From: Lytechinus pictus
Lineage: Eukaryota
DNA: 60,000 nt
Direction: 5' to 3'
Assembly: GCF_037042905.1 (NCBI RefSeq)
Contig: NC_087252.1
Location: 22,880,001 to 22,940,000, forward strand
The translations under genes were made by a program, and so were the position numbers. Of the stretch, positions 1 to 13,172 are shown in pieces (position 1 is the first letter of the stretch; each line of letters opens with the position of its first letter). Below the pieces are notes generated by a model. The model made no database searches, was not told the origin of the DNA, and saw only the letters and a program-made list of their open reading frames with translations.

Positions 1-2789
1 ACTCGTACTTGTCTTCACATTCGCTGTCTTTGAGGTAAGTTCATTGGTTAAGTGGTGAGAAATAAAACTTATACCCTATAAGAAGTATATGTACTTCAAT
101 ATGTCGTAACATCGTAAGCATATATCAAGTGATGACCTAGTTCTAAGACATTATGTCCAGATATGACATCCGTACTTGTCTTCACAGTCACCGTTCTCGA
201 TGCAGTTTATTTATTAAGTGGTGAGAAATAAAACTTATGCCGTATAAGATCTTAGGATCAACAATATAAGTACTCACCATTACGCGTTGATTTGGGTCCA
301 ATATCGTGTAGGCCAAAGAACAGTAGGTCCGGTATCGTATAAGAACTAATGGATAGTTATATGAATGAAGAGATCTTGAGGTCACTATTTATGTCCGGAG
401 CACCCTTCCACCTTCACATTGGTGTTCATTGATGCAATGTTAGTAGGCAATGAATTATTAAGTGTATTCTTTATTGTTTCAAATGAATTATCTATTTATC
501 TTTTTTATGTATTTTTCGGAATTTGCAAGAAAATTCTAATTTAAATGAATTGATTGCTGAATAGTAATTAAGATGCATTTATTTTTATTTTTTCTTCAGC
601 TTCCAAACGAGGGCAGTTTATTCCTGGTTATCCTCATGATGATGTTACAAGGGTTATGTGGAATGGCTCTTGGTCTACTCATCTCGGCCTTCTGTGACTC
701 GGAATCCACAGCTATTCAACTCGCCCTCGGATCTTTCTACCCCCTTCTTCTCCTCAGCGGTAAGAGTTTGGGAAATATAGGACCGCATTGAGTTGAATTA
801 GCCATGTTAGCTAAATCAATCAGTTGCCATTTTTAAAAGTAAGACAGTGCCAATTAAACCATGTGTTAACAGTGTGTTCACATAATACACTATATGCGAA
901 GATACGACTCCCGCTGTTAATATTCTCCAATTTAAAACAGTGTGAAGATCATGTCATATTGTGGACACTTCTACAGTGTGGGTTTCTTGCACAGTGTGTT
1001 TCCATGATGGAGTATGCGAAGATGTGATTTTCGTTGCTAAGATGCCCATATTATACAGTGAGGAGATAATTTCAAATTGTGTTCCACAATGCGAACACAC
1101 AGTGAACACACTATAAACACACTTTGGAAACACTGCGAACACATTATGGACACACTGAAGACACTGTGAACACACTCTAAACACACTCTAAGCATACTGT
1201 GGACATACTATGAACACACCGTCAACACATTATAGACACACTGTGAACACACTGGGCATACTGTGGACACACCGTGAATACACTATGAACACACTGTCAA
1301 CACACTATGGACACACTGGGCATACGGTGGACACACTATGAACACATCATCAACACACTATGGACTCACTGTGAAGACACTGTGAACACATTGTGAACAT
1401 ACTATGAACACACCGTCAACACACTATAGACACACTGTAAACACACTGGATATACTGTGGATACACTATGAACACACCGTCAACACACTCTTGACACACT
1501 GTGAACACACTGGAGATACTGTGGATACACTATGAACACACCGTCAACACACTCTTGACACACTGTGAACACACTGGACATACTGTGGACACACTGTGAA
1601 AACACTATGAACACACTCTCAACAAACTATGATGGACACACTATAGACACATTGTGAACACACTGGGGATACTGTGGATACACTGTGAACACACTATGAA
1701 CGCACCTTCAAAATCCCATGGACACACTGAGAACACACTGTGAACGTTTTATGAAACAAACTGTTCGTTTCAGCCGGGTCTCTGATGTCTCTGAATTATG
1801 ACACTCATCTAGTACCTATCGTTTTCATCATCTACTTTTTGATAATAAATACTTTCTCAGACGTTTAATTATTTCCCCATATTCCTGTTCTCTGTACAGG
1901 TGTTGTGTGGCCAATTCAAGCAATGCCTGAGCCATTGTATTACATCGCACTGGTATTGCCGCAAACTTTATCAGCAGAGGGAATACGAGCAATACTCGGA
2001 AGAGGTATGTTTTTGCCACTCTCCACCCAGGTGTAGTAAACGGGTATTACCGGTCTGACTAATATCCATACTGATTGATAACAAAAGGAACTGGTATAAT
2101 GATTGGAACACAAGGGGCTAATATAAGGATTGGAACGTAAGGGATTAACATTCATATAAGAATTGAAGACATGAAGAATTATTTTTCATAAGGATTGAAA
2201 ATAAGGGACTTCTGTTCACAATGATCAAATAAATTAAATAAACACGAATTGAGCAAATTACAGACTAATCCTCTGAAAAGGTGAGAGCATACTGGACAAC
2301 TATTCAAATGAGGCCCGCTGGCAAAGGTCTTTCTCACATACATTCTGAGTTTTTTTCTGAAATAACATAATTTATAAGTGACTGTCATATTAAGGACAAA
2401 AAACATATAGCTGTATGTGGTAATGCTATTCATAAAGATGCCAATCTTTATATTATATAGAAAAATTGCAATTGCATGTATAGCATGTATATCAATAATT
2501 CTCTTTTTGCAATTATATTTGATTTGATGTATTTTTAATAAATACTTCATTATTGAAAAAGATATATTCCATAATGGACTATACTCATGTGAAAATTTTC
2601 AAAATACTTTCTCACATATTTTTTTAAGGTGCACCCCTTGAATAAAAAAAAGTTCACCATTCATTTCTTTCTTTTCTATCAGGTTGGGACATGAGTTACT
2701 TTGAGGTGTGGATCGGGTTTGTAGCCACTACGGCTTGGTGGCTGGTTCTCCTCACGTTAGCTACCATCGTACTCCGAGTCAGAAGATAA
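1..2789 (+). CDS. ABCH: ABC transporter H/G-type half transporter, C-terminal ABC-2 membrane domain; 3' part only. Exons <1-34, 600-759, 1900-2004, 2683-2789(stop)
   Basis: GT-AG exons splice in frame to ...LVLVFTFAVFE/LPNEGSLFLVILMMMLQGLCGMALGLLISAFCDSESTAIQLALGSFYPLLLLSG/VVWPIQAMPEPLYYIALVLPQTLSAEGIRAILGRG/WDMSYFEVWIGFVATTAWWLVLLTLATIVLRVRR*. The QLALGSFYP..LLSG..WP...MP segment is typical of ABCH (often annotated ABCG20/23-like) membrane domains. The subfamily call is from memory of the motif. Confidence 0.85.
1095..1745. repeat. Intronic minisatellite of degenerate ~11-bp units (ACACACTGTGA/ACACACTATGA)
   Basis: Dozens of tandem cacactgtgaa/cacactatgga variants; a few reverse-complement units at ~860-1000. 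Confidence 0.9.
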
Positions 2790-2815
2790 ATCTATGTCAT
2801 CTGAAGCACGTTGCA

Positions 2816-2825
2816 GAGAGAGAGA

Positions 2826-2876
<51 letters not shown>
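2816..2876. repeat. (GA)n microsatellite in the transporter 3' UTR
   Basis: Direct reading of the sequence. Confidence 0.95.
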
Positions 2877-2877
<1 letters not shown>

Positions 2878-2897
2878 TGGTTTACAAGGCAGCTCAG

Positions 2898-3167
2898 CAG
2901 GTTCCCGTTTTACATAGAGTTACGATTGATCCAATCGATCGTAACTCTATGGAAATCCATCAGTGTCATATTTTATTTCTACAGGGAATTCTCCTTAAAG
3001 CTAAGAGAATCGCACTGAATCTTCAAGAGAACGATATATGTATGAATGAACATCATATCTAGAAAATATTTTGAGCAAGTTTGCATTTTTAGATGTTGAC
3101 GTTGCTGGCCGTCCATAAAGTTGTGATTGATCGGATCGATTGTAGCTCTTTGTAAGACGGGGCCCAG
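2898..3167. mobile_element. Short MITE; a second copy lies in opposite orientation at ~26403-26670
   Basis: Imperfect inverted ends (cccgttttacatagagttacgattgatc ... gatcgattgtagctctttgtaagacggggcccag); the internal sequence aligns by eye with the reverse complement of 26403-26670. Confidence 0.7.
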
Positions 3168-6100
3168 AAATCAAGCACAAGTCACTAATATACGCGTATT
3201 TCATTGCTTGAAATTCAAGTTGCGTGTGATATTTAGATTTGGATTTGATCACAACTCTTTGTGCAACATGCCCCTGCCCAAACCCTATATTCCATTCGGC
3301 ATGTTCAACCCCAACATGCCAGAGAATATTGTGTCTCTTCCTTGTAAATAGGTCTGGGTGTAATGTAACCCTGGGGGACTCCAACACGAGGTTACGTGGT
3401 TGACCTATGGGACTCACGCTTGTCATTAATTTTATCACTATTATATGGATGCATCTGAATCTGTTAGTCCTAATTGTAGGTCTAATCAAATAGGGTATTT
3501 GTATAGCGCACATATCCAACTTTTGGGATGCTCAAGAATATCCTTTATTTTCTTAATGAGATTCTGAAATATATTTGTATTGTTGTCATTTCGAATTTAT
3601 ATAGTCAAGAGTATTTATTGAAATAAACAAAAATTCAATTGCTTATCTGTTTATCTTTAATAAAATGTGCAATCAATCAATAAAATGTGCTAATCACTCA
3701 GGTTTTATGACTTTTACGACTGTAAATTGCGACATTGTTTTACCTTTAATTTTGTAAATTTAAATGCGAGCAGATGTGGCATATCTAGGTATGGCTATCA
3801 AATCAAATTTCAATTTATCTCTTGTATTTTAATTATTATTTACATTATAGGAACTGCAGTAATTCTCACAAGTGGCATTTCTTATCCATTCCCGTATGCA
3901 CTCTCTGTAAATAGCTAATTATATTCTAATATTTCTATTTTTAACAATTTAAGTCTATAATGGCGATAGACTTCCTAACATTCCATTTGTACGTTTGTAG
4001 AAAATTGTTACGTAATATTAATTCAAATACAGTGCACTGATAAATTGTTCAGTGATAAAATACAAATGTTTTCTGATTATTTGTTGGGTTAAGCCATGTA
4101 AATCCTTGTCTTATACAATTTGATCTGATCTTCACACTTTTTTTATTCGCAGATTGTCGTATGGATTGAGAGCTATTTAATGGAGATAACAGAATTGGAA
4201 GAAGTATGGTTAGATCAAGTGACAACTCCTCGTATAACGCAGTTCTTAGTGATCGTGGAATTAATTTTTAAAAAATCGTTTGGGCTTAAAAAAAAAAACA
4301 TTTTTTAATCATTTGCACGTACTATTGCAAGCTAATTGAAATATGCAATCTGGTTAGTCCAGAATATACATACCATGGAATGCATGCATTGGTTATTGGT
4401 TTTATGAAACAAGAACTGTCTTTTCGAGGTTTCTGGATTCGAAATCGCCTTGGAAATGTTGGAAACCTTGTCCATGGACTACGCTGTCTGTAAAAGCTTG
4501 TCACTATTTTCATATTGATTAATGAACGTGAATAAAGATTAATAAAACATAACGTATCCGGCTGTGTTTTTTTTTATCCAGGCAAGCGCACAAATGTTAA
4601 CATCTAGATTTTTTTTTCGTTCTGTCCTTTTGAAGATCCTCGATCCATCGAAATATTCTGTCTCGCCACAAATGTGTGTCTATTCCCCCCTTTGTCGAGT
4701 TCCCGACATCTTCTTTCTTTGCCCCCACTCCATAAAACGCTTTACCAGTGGGCCGTTTCATAAAGCGGTTCGTAAGTTGAGGAGCGACTTTGAGAACGAC
4801 AGGTGAGCCTTTCATTACGCGCTAAACCATCGCCAATGAATATACCATTTACAAAAAAAGGATCATCACGTTCTTGATTTATTAACAGCTTTATGAAACA
4901 TCCACCAGCTCTAACCTATTCCCTCTTTTTGTTATTTTTTTCCTCTTTAGTTTCTCCTTTCTCTGTTTATCTTCTCGTGCTAGGACCCGCCTTTTTCATT
5001 CTTTCTCTCTTTCCCTCTCCCTTTCACACACAAACACGGACACCCTTCCACTTTTCTTATTTTTGTCTCCCAACTGCCCTTCCTCTGTTCCTTTATTCTC
5101 TCCTACCACTGATCCCTTTTTACCCCCCCCCCCCGCCGCATCTTACTGATCATTTCTCAAACATTTTATCTGTTTACCCCCTATCCATTCCTCCTCTCCT
5201 CTCTCCCTTTTTCTTACAATCTTTTTCTCTTTTCACCATCCTCCCAGCTCATTGTCACAATTTCTGCCCTCTCTCTCTTTCATTGTCTCCTCCCCCTCCC
5301 TCTCTGTATACACCGTTTCTTCTGCTTCACTCTCCCCTCTTTCTTTCTTCCCTACTTTCTTTCTTCCTTCCTTCCTCTCTACTCCTGGCTAACTATAACA
5401 CTACCTACCACAGTACTTATTCACTGTCACTTCTCTTCAGTTATCTTTGCCAGTCAGGCAGAAGTACAAACTTTTAAATCTCGCTTCTACAATGTACAAC
5501 CACCGCCCTACATACATTACACAATCCAGTCACTTGTTCAAATAGTACAAGTCGTCTTTAATATTTTAGGATAGAAAATACATTATATGCAATATAAGCA
5601 CATCATATAATTTACCATAGAAATGGGTGGAAAGTATGCATATACATATGAAAATGAAACAAGGAACAGCATTGCAAAAATACCATGGGACACAAGGTCT
5701 CCTACATGTACAATGTAGATCCATGCACATCTAGATCCCCCCCCCCTTCTTCCAGCTCTGTAGACATGTAAAATTAAGTACATATTATTGTGCAACGATT
5801 TATCAGTTTATCTATATTCCTTGCTTATTCCAAAGTATATCAAATAACTTATTAGACTGATAATGGCCAAATCTGGTCACATTCTGTGTTAAAAAAAACA
5901 CACTCCCATTCAATTATCTACATGTAATGCCAAAATAATAATTGTAATAGCAGCATCACCTAATAGTAACAGGGAAGTAGTGTCAAATAACATGAACCTC
6001 ATGTATGATTGGAATATGAAATGCCAAAATGTGACTCAATAGGTATGTGAAACTTCTCATAATGTAATTCTAAATTTTAATTGTGTCGAAATATAAACCT

Positions 6101-7164
6101 TGCACTAGCATAGTGTGCTGAGTAATATTCATGCATATACATTTATATTTTAACTGACATCAGCATTAAATAATTAAATTTGTTGAAATTATTCAAAAAC
6201 TCACTTAGCTTGCCATACTCCAGTCTCTATGACAAATTTAAAAGCTTAAATTTAAAAGAGATTTGGATGGAGGTTTGAAAAAAAATCTGAGCTGTGGGGC
6301 ACAACATGTACATGCTCATAGTGCTACAATAATGTTGAAGAGGAAACCCCAAAAATATTATTTTTCATTTGCATAATATACATGTACATGCATTGCAATA
6401 AGTAAAAAAAGAGTGATTATTTTTTCCTTTATAGCCTACAGTGTTGATGTAACCATCCATATGGATGCTTATGATTGTGCATGTATTCAACAAAATGGCA
6501 AACAGGTGACCGAAAACTCGGGTGATTACTGTCTGGCCTGTTTGATATTAGGATAACAGCATTAGCTCCTGGAAAAAAAAAAGATCCTGAACGACATTAA
6601 ACCATCCCTTTAAATCACTTGGTCACTCACAGGTCTGAATAATTATAAAGGATCTTGCTGGAAATTCACAAGAATTATCCTATGTACTAGTATTAAACAT
6701 CTGAAAAGCGACATTCATTTGCAAAAGGAGAGCATACTTAGATTAATTAATATTGCCCAACATAAGGTGCATGTATATTGGAAAGCCTAGCAATAAAGAG
6801 AACATGATAAGACAAGATGTGTATGTGCACTCGAAGGTCAAAGATCAGGCTATTTTATCTTTCCATGTCGCGACTAAAGTGGTCTGCTCTTTATAAGTTA
6901 GCATGGACCATCGCTATCAACAGGTGGATACAGCTACAATGCGCTCTTTTGAAGCCCAAAAACGTACTCAAAAAGGTCACAAGGTCAAAGTTCCACACTC
7001 TTTTCTACTGCATGTGCGCATTGTTTACTACACGTTGGTACAGCCCCATATACTGTTAATTGTGCACAGTACTATTCCTTTGCTTCAACGTCAGGCATGC
7101 GCAGCACAGCGAGCTCCATCCAACTTATGGATATCAGTGGCATGGACTTGCCTTGAAAAATATG

Positions 7165-7400
7165 ACATGTAGCCCTTATAGGATTTACACTACCCTCATC
7201 TACAGCTCAGGCCCTGAAAAATACAATATCTCAATGATATGTAGCCCTTACCACATACATGTACACATTACCCTCATCTACAGCTCAGGCCCTGAAAATA
7301 CGAACTTGATGATATGTAGCCCTTATAACATGTACATTACCCTCATCTTCAGCTCAGGCCCTGAAAAATACAATGACTTGATGATATGTCACCCATATAA
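7165..7400. repeat. Minisatellite of ~60-67-bp units, continued at 21257-21288
   Basis: Three full units containing (c/t)taccctcatct(a/t)cagctcaggccctgaaaa plus a partial unit; the rest of that unit resumes after 21256. Confidence 0.9.
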
Positions 7401-7540
7401 GGGACCGTATTTTTATTATCGATGGCGTTCTCCTCCATCCGCCTGCAGGATCCTGCGTCGGAACGGTGGACGATTTTAGCCCCACCTCCTTGGCAGAGTC
7501 GAAAAGTGGGAGGAGCCAAAAATCGGCGGAACGATGGAGA

Positions 7541-7826
7541 ACTAATTTTGTCCGCTTCGTTCCGGCGATCTGCACGCACAGCATGCACTGAGCAGGTATC
7601 AGCGGGAGGCCAGCCCTGCTGCACTAGCGCCGCAGTAGCGATGGATTCCACGCTAGATAGCTAGCTCGTAGTACGCTACTGCACTAATTTTTTCCGCTTC
7701 GTTCCGGCCGCCGATCTGCTCTGCATGCACTGCACTGAGCAGATATCAGCGGGAGGCCAGGCCTGCTGCACTAGCTAGCGCTGCAGTACCGATGGATTCG
7801 ACGCTAGCTAGTTCGTAGTACTGCAC
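7541..7826. repeat. GC-rich tandem duplication (2 x ~143 bp) in the left subterminal region of the giant element
   Basis: actaatttt.tccgcttcgttccgg...cagcgggaggccag.cctgctgcactagc...gatggatt..acgctag occurs twice in tandem. Confidence 0.9.
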
Positions 7827-9432
7827 TGTTATGTAGTCGCTCCCCAATCCATATCAATTCAAAGGCGATGACAATCGCTTGGCTCGAATACCAATAATAA
7901 AGCAATTGTAAGAAACTTGCCTACCATTCCCTGACTTTGTTAGCTCAGGCCAAGATGCAATCACTCCTCTATTAATTTCCGACTCTAAAATACCGGTATA
8001 TCCTCGTTGGAATTTGGGATTTTATCTTTGAATTTTGAATATTACTCTTTTGCAGTCTACGTATCGTAATCACTAGCGTACCTACGGGGGGTGGGGGGGG
8101 GGGCAGGGGGGCACTCTGACGAGCCACAAGTTTCGGCCTGGGACGAATGTCAATTTTACTATTCGATTTATAGTTCCTGAAAAAACAATCGAACCATTCG
8201 ATTGTTCGTCGGAAATCACGTTTTCTAAGCCAATAGTTAGTTGACCTACTTGTGAAGACCTCCCGAATAGGGTTTTTCAATTATTGAACATCTGATGTAG
8301 GGTAGAGTACATCTATTCCTTATAAATTAAAGTAAGCCAAGTATTCCCCTTCTCTTTGATTTCTATTTCAAAAGAAACTATATGGAATTAGATTAAAACT
8401 TTCACTTTATTGTTCCAATGAAAATCTATCCCAAATCAATCCTTGTATTATGCATCCCTCCAAGTGCAACACCCCTGCATATGAATGAATCAGCCTATAG
8501 TCTTGGGTCCAATTTACATCTCTGTAAACAACTCATTCATGAAGTATTCTTTGAGACAGACACGCATGTGGTGCTTTTTACTTATTGTAAAATTTCATTC
8601 ATTGCCCATACCTCGCCCCAACCCTCACATGTGGTACTCTGCCCATGATGTTCAAAATATTTTGCAAAATATTTTTCAATTGAAATACCTCTCAGAATTA
8701 CAATTTCTGATCATTTAAACCTATAACTGGGTCTGTTTTGGGAAACTAGTCGACATCTAAAATTAGGTGATGGCGCGTGTTGGAATGTTATTTTGATTGT
8801 GTGAGGGAGAGGCTAAAAGAGATTGCATTGTTTTGAAACGTGAAAGAATTCCCACCGCTATCCTTTCTCTCTCTCACTCACACCATGCTCACCCATACAC
8901 AGAGATGGGGAGGGGTCAATTTTTTCTGGAGTCACGACCTCGATCCCAGAAGTTTCATTGGCCATTGAATGTCCAATCACATATTGGCTCAAGTCAGCTC
9001 CTTGTGTGTGTGTACTTTCTGTTTTAAGCACATAGACATGCAACCATAGAGTTATTATACACCTATGCATACAACATACATTGTGTATCGAGGGCATGGA
9101 AGGCCAGGTGGGATTAAATTCGATTACATTCGATTCGTGTAAATTTTGCTAATCGATTAGCGATTGGCGGCAAGCCATTCGAACCATTCGATCAATCGAT
9201 GTTTACTCCCAGGCCTATCACTAGTACCTCACATTTTTTGCCATTATTACGATTAATATCTCGGTCACATTTTTTTGGAATAGCTACATATGTGGTATGA
9301 ATAAAAATGCCGTTCTCGACGGCCGCCGTGGAGCAAATGTGACCGAGGTATAAGATAGAATAAACTAAATGCCACGCTTCCATCAATTTTGCAAATGACG
9401 TCCTCTATTTACAATTTAGGCCTTCGTGATTG

Positions 9433-10005
9433 AAGGGATGCTCCAGGCTGGACATATTTCACTAAAAAGAATAAAATTCAAATAGCTAAATGCTGAAAAT
9501 TTGATCAAAATCAGATAACAATTAAAGATTTGCATTATTCTGGTGAAACAGCTCTAGGCTCGTCTTCATGAATATTCATTAGCCTTGGGCTGATGATGCC
9601 ATATCCCCACTGTCTTGCTCTTTTGTATTTTATTATATGAAAATTAGGTGTACTATAAATTCAAAAGTTTCCTACCAAGGACTTAAACAATTGGACTGAT
9701 AACTGATTACGTGCATTATGTATTTCTTACTGCAACGTATTTCATAATAATTGAGACACATCATTTACATAATGAAAAATGAAACAATTATGATTTCATG
9801 TAATGACATAAGAAAAAGGAAAGTATGTGACATAATCAGCCCACCGAATGAATATTCATGAAGACATGCCAAGAATTGTTTCACCAGAGTACCCGGGGGA
9901 TGCAAATCGTTGAAGTTCAATAACTTATCCGATTCTAATGAACTTTTCAGCATTTGGCCCTGAATTTTATTCTATTCATCTAGATCTAAATATTTTCAGC
10001 CCGGG
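9433..10005. mobile_element. MITE of the AGGGATG..-terminus family (same family as 44074-44680 and 54830-55388)
   Basis: Palindromic internal layout (catgaatattcat, gggctgatgatg.ca.atccccact) shared with the 44 kb copy. Confidence 0.7.
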
Positions 10006-10629
10006 GCTGTTTTCTCGTTCTTTGTGTTTTGGCTGAATTCGTGCACCCGCCTAACAACGATAAACAGCTATAAGCCTTGTTCATGATTTTTTTTTTCTCG
10101 CGGATGTTGTCCACTATCCAATTAATGGTAGTGACATCCGCCAAGTATACTTTTAAGGTAATTTAACAGAACTCTACTTGGCTTGAACTCAGGCCCTACG
10201 ATGGATCATTAATTTACATGTAACCGGGGACATGAGACCAGGGACTAACAGACGTCCCTGGTTCGACGACGGGGAAGGAACAGATTCCACTGGACATTCT
10301 AAGGTAAGAAACAACATGAAACAACATGAAGGCTTGTCATTTTCCTGTTCGGAATCATCAGCTGACAGGAACACTTTTTATTATTTCAACATCTTTTTGC
10401 CCTAGATGACAAATTCCATTGCAGGCACGGATCAAAGGAGGGGGAGGGGGGGAGGCACACCCCGTAAATTTGAAGGAAAAAAATATACACCCATTCCCGG
10501 GCCCCCATTCGAGTGCGAAACTGCGATCACTTGGGACGGAAGACGTTGCCCCTCCCTTCTCTCTCTGATGAGCTTGACATTTTTAAAGGGAATTTTTCGG
10601 GAGACGAAATTAATAATGATCTTTATTCA

Positions 10630-11184
10630 AAGGAGAAGTCCACCACAACAAAAGTTGGTTTGAATAAAAAGAGAAAATTCAAACAAGCATAGCACTGAAA
10701 ATTTCCTCGAAATCGGATGTAAAAAAAAAGTTGTGGCATTTTATAGTTACACTTAATTTTACGAAAAAAATATCCTGGTCGATATGCAAATGAGAAGACT
10801 GATGACGTCATCCACTCACTATTTTGTATTTCATTATATGAACTATTTTCCTCATTGTCAACTGAAACAGCAATCAATTCCTCTCTGAACATGTGGAGTT
10901 AGCATTGATTAATACTATATGGTTGGTCCTTATTGCCAAATCTGTTTAAAAAATAAATATTGTATAATTCAAACAATAAAAAAACAGTGATGGACATCAT
11001 CGTCTGTCTCATTTGCATGTCACTTAATTGTGCATATCATCACTATATTTTGTGAAAATAAGCGAAACCTTAATATGTCATTACTTTCTTATTTAACATC
11101 TGATTTTGATGAAATTTCAGCGTTGTGCTCGTTCGATTTTTCTCTATTTATTCAAATCAACATTTTCTGGGGTGGACTTGACCT
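10630..11184. mobile_element. ~560-600 bp MITE with AGG..AAGTCCACC termini (TTAA-target, Kolobok-like)
   Basis: aggagaagtccacc ... ggggtggacttgacct-TTAA; homologous to 12613-13172 and 45025-45617, with fragments at 25517-25645 and ~37615-38110. Confidence 0.75.
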
Positions 11185-12612
11185 TTAATAATAATCAATG
11201 AAGAGGGTCACTGCTCATTATACTAAGAGGGGCGCTAAGTAGCTTTAGTCAAAAAAAAATTTCATTAAGTCAAATACTAGTTCGTCAAATTACCAACTCG
11301 TATAATAGAAGTTTGTCTACCATCAGTTGTCAAAATATACGCATGGTATAATTGCCATTTCGTCTAATAACCAGTTAGTCCAAAAGTCATTTCTTTATAC
11401 AATTGGTCTAAAATGTTTATTCGGCAAAACGAATGGAAATCAACGAGTATTAATCCAACTGGTTAGACGAAATGGTCATAGACTAACTGGTGATTAGACT
11501 AAATGTTGATAGCACATTATGGTCATTGACCTATAATGATTGTTAGACGTAATGTTGATGGACGTGAGAAGATGTGTTGGCAATGGACGAATCGGCAATT
11601 TACCTTTTCTTTACCTCCTTTGAAAACTCGATTTCATGACCGGACATTCTAAACACTTAGTTTTGTAACCATGATCTAATATGAGCGGAAAGTGTGTGCT
11701 ATTTTTTAAGGTTTAGACCCCCAAACAGGACATTCTATGTACTTTTTGTAATGAAAAGGATTGATATCTTGATGCAAGTGATGGGAAGCCTATAAGACGA
11801 TTTTTATGTGATATGAAAATTTGAGATTTTAAGCGCCTTTACATAAGGAACACACTGAGTAACCCCCTCCCCCCGAAATACTAGGCTCAAATAAATGAAT
11901 AATGCGAGCGCGAAGCACGAGCAGTTTTTGCCCCTTTCATATGATTTATCAGTGGACCAATTTTTTTTTTACTCTGATGGCGAGTCAAGATTTTTTTTGC
12001 TCATTTAACAAGTTTTGTTTTTTAACTTCCAGCCCCCCTGGATATCTAATGGTGCATCCCTAATTATTCTTCATGCTCATATCAATGGCCAAGTTATTCT
12101 CTTCATAATGTCTTTAAGTCTATGAATAAGAATTTACGGCCAATTGCGTTGTTTCAAATTTTCAGGTCTGAAAAATGAAGTATCCAAAAAGAGCTCGCGC
12201 TTTGACCTTGCATTTGTAATTAACTTAGACCTTTTGAGATGTCTTATTGGGGAAAATATAGTTTAAGTCACCCCCATAAATATTGTGACTGGTGACCTCT
12301 GGCATTACTAATACTATTAATGACCTGCGATCCCCTTCTGCTTTAATGACTTGCGACCCTCTTCTGTTATGACTATATATTACGAGTCTATCGTGTCTAT
12401 GTTTTACTACTGGCGACCCTTATGAATATTAAACCTAGCTAAGCTTTTCCATGTTATAACTGTTTGCTAGCGATCCTCTTCTTTGATTATGAATAGCGAC
12501 CCCCTTTAACATGATGATGACTATGTAACAGTCTTCTCGTACTTTATAGCGACACTCTTATGACCGGCGACCCTCTACTATTTGTTTAGCGACACTCCTT
12601 TCCTTATAATTG

Positions 12613-13172
12613 AAGGTGAAGTCCACCCCAGCAAAATGTTGATTTTAATAAATAGAGAAAAATCAAACTAGCCTAACACTGAAAATTTCATCAAAATTGG
12701 ATGTAAAATAAGAAAGTTGTGGTATTTTAAAATTTCGCTTATTTTTCACAAAACGGTGATGTGCACAACTCGGTGACATGCAAATGGGTCAGTCCATGAT
12801 GTCCATCACTCACTAAATGGTTTGAATAATTATACAATAATTATTTTTTTTTTTACAGATTTGACCGACTTGACCGAACCATATTGTAATTCCACATGGG
12901 AGGAATTGATCACTGTTTCACTTGACAATGAGGAGAAATTTAGAATATTTCATATTTCGTATAATAAAATACAAAGAAATAGTGAGTGGATGACGTCATC
13001 AGTCTCGTCGTTTGCATACCGACCAGGATGTGCATACAAGTGTTATGTGAAATTAAGCGAAACTTTGAAATTTCATAACTATTTTATATCCGATTTTGAT
13101 GTCATTTTCAATGTTATGCTTTTAGATTTTTCTCTTTTTTCAAATATTTTTTAGTTGGGGTAGGCTTGTCCT
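12613..13172. mobile_element. Second copy of the AGG..AAGTCCACC MITE family
   Basis: aggtgaagtccacccc ... ggggtaggcttgtcct-TAA; interrupts a degenerate CGACCC-motif array (12290-12600, 13180-13220). Confidence 0.75.

Noticed and set aside
4893..5477. 194-aa ORF and similar ORFs at 33628-34999, 36591-37337 and 47110-47505
   Set aside because: Translations of CT/GA-rich low-complexity or microsatellite DNA; no domain signal.
7349..7664. Overlapping GC-rich ORFs at the left end of the giant element as a possible transposase
   Set aside because: Short, without a DDE or Myb motif; explained by high GC content and a tandem duplication.
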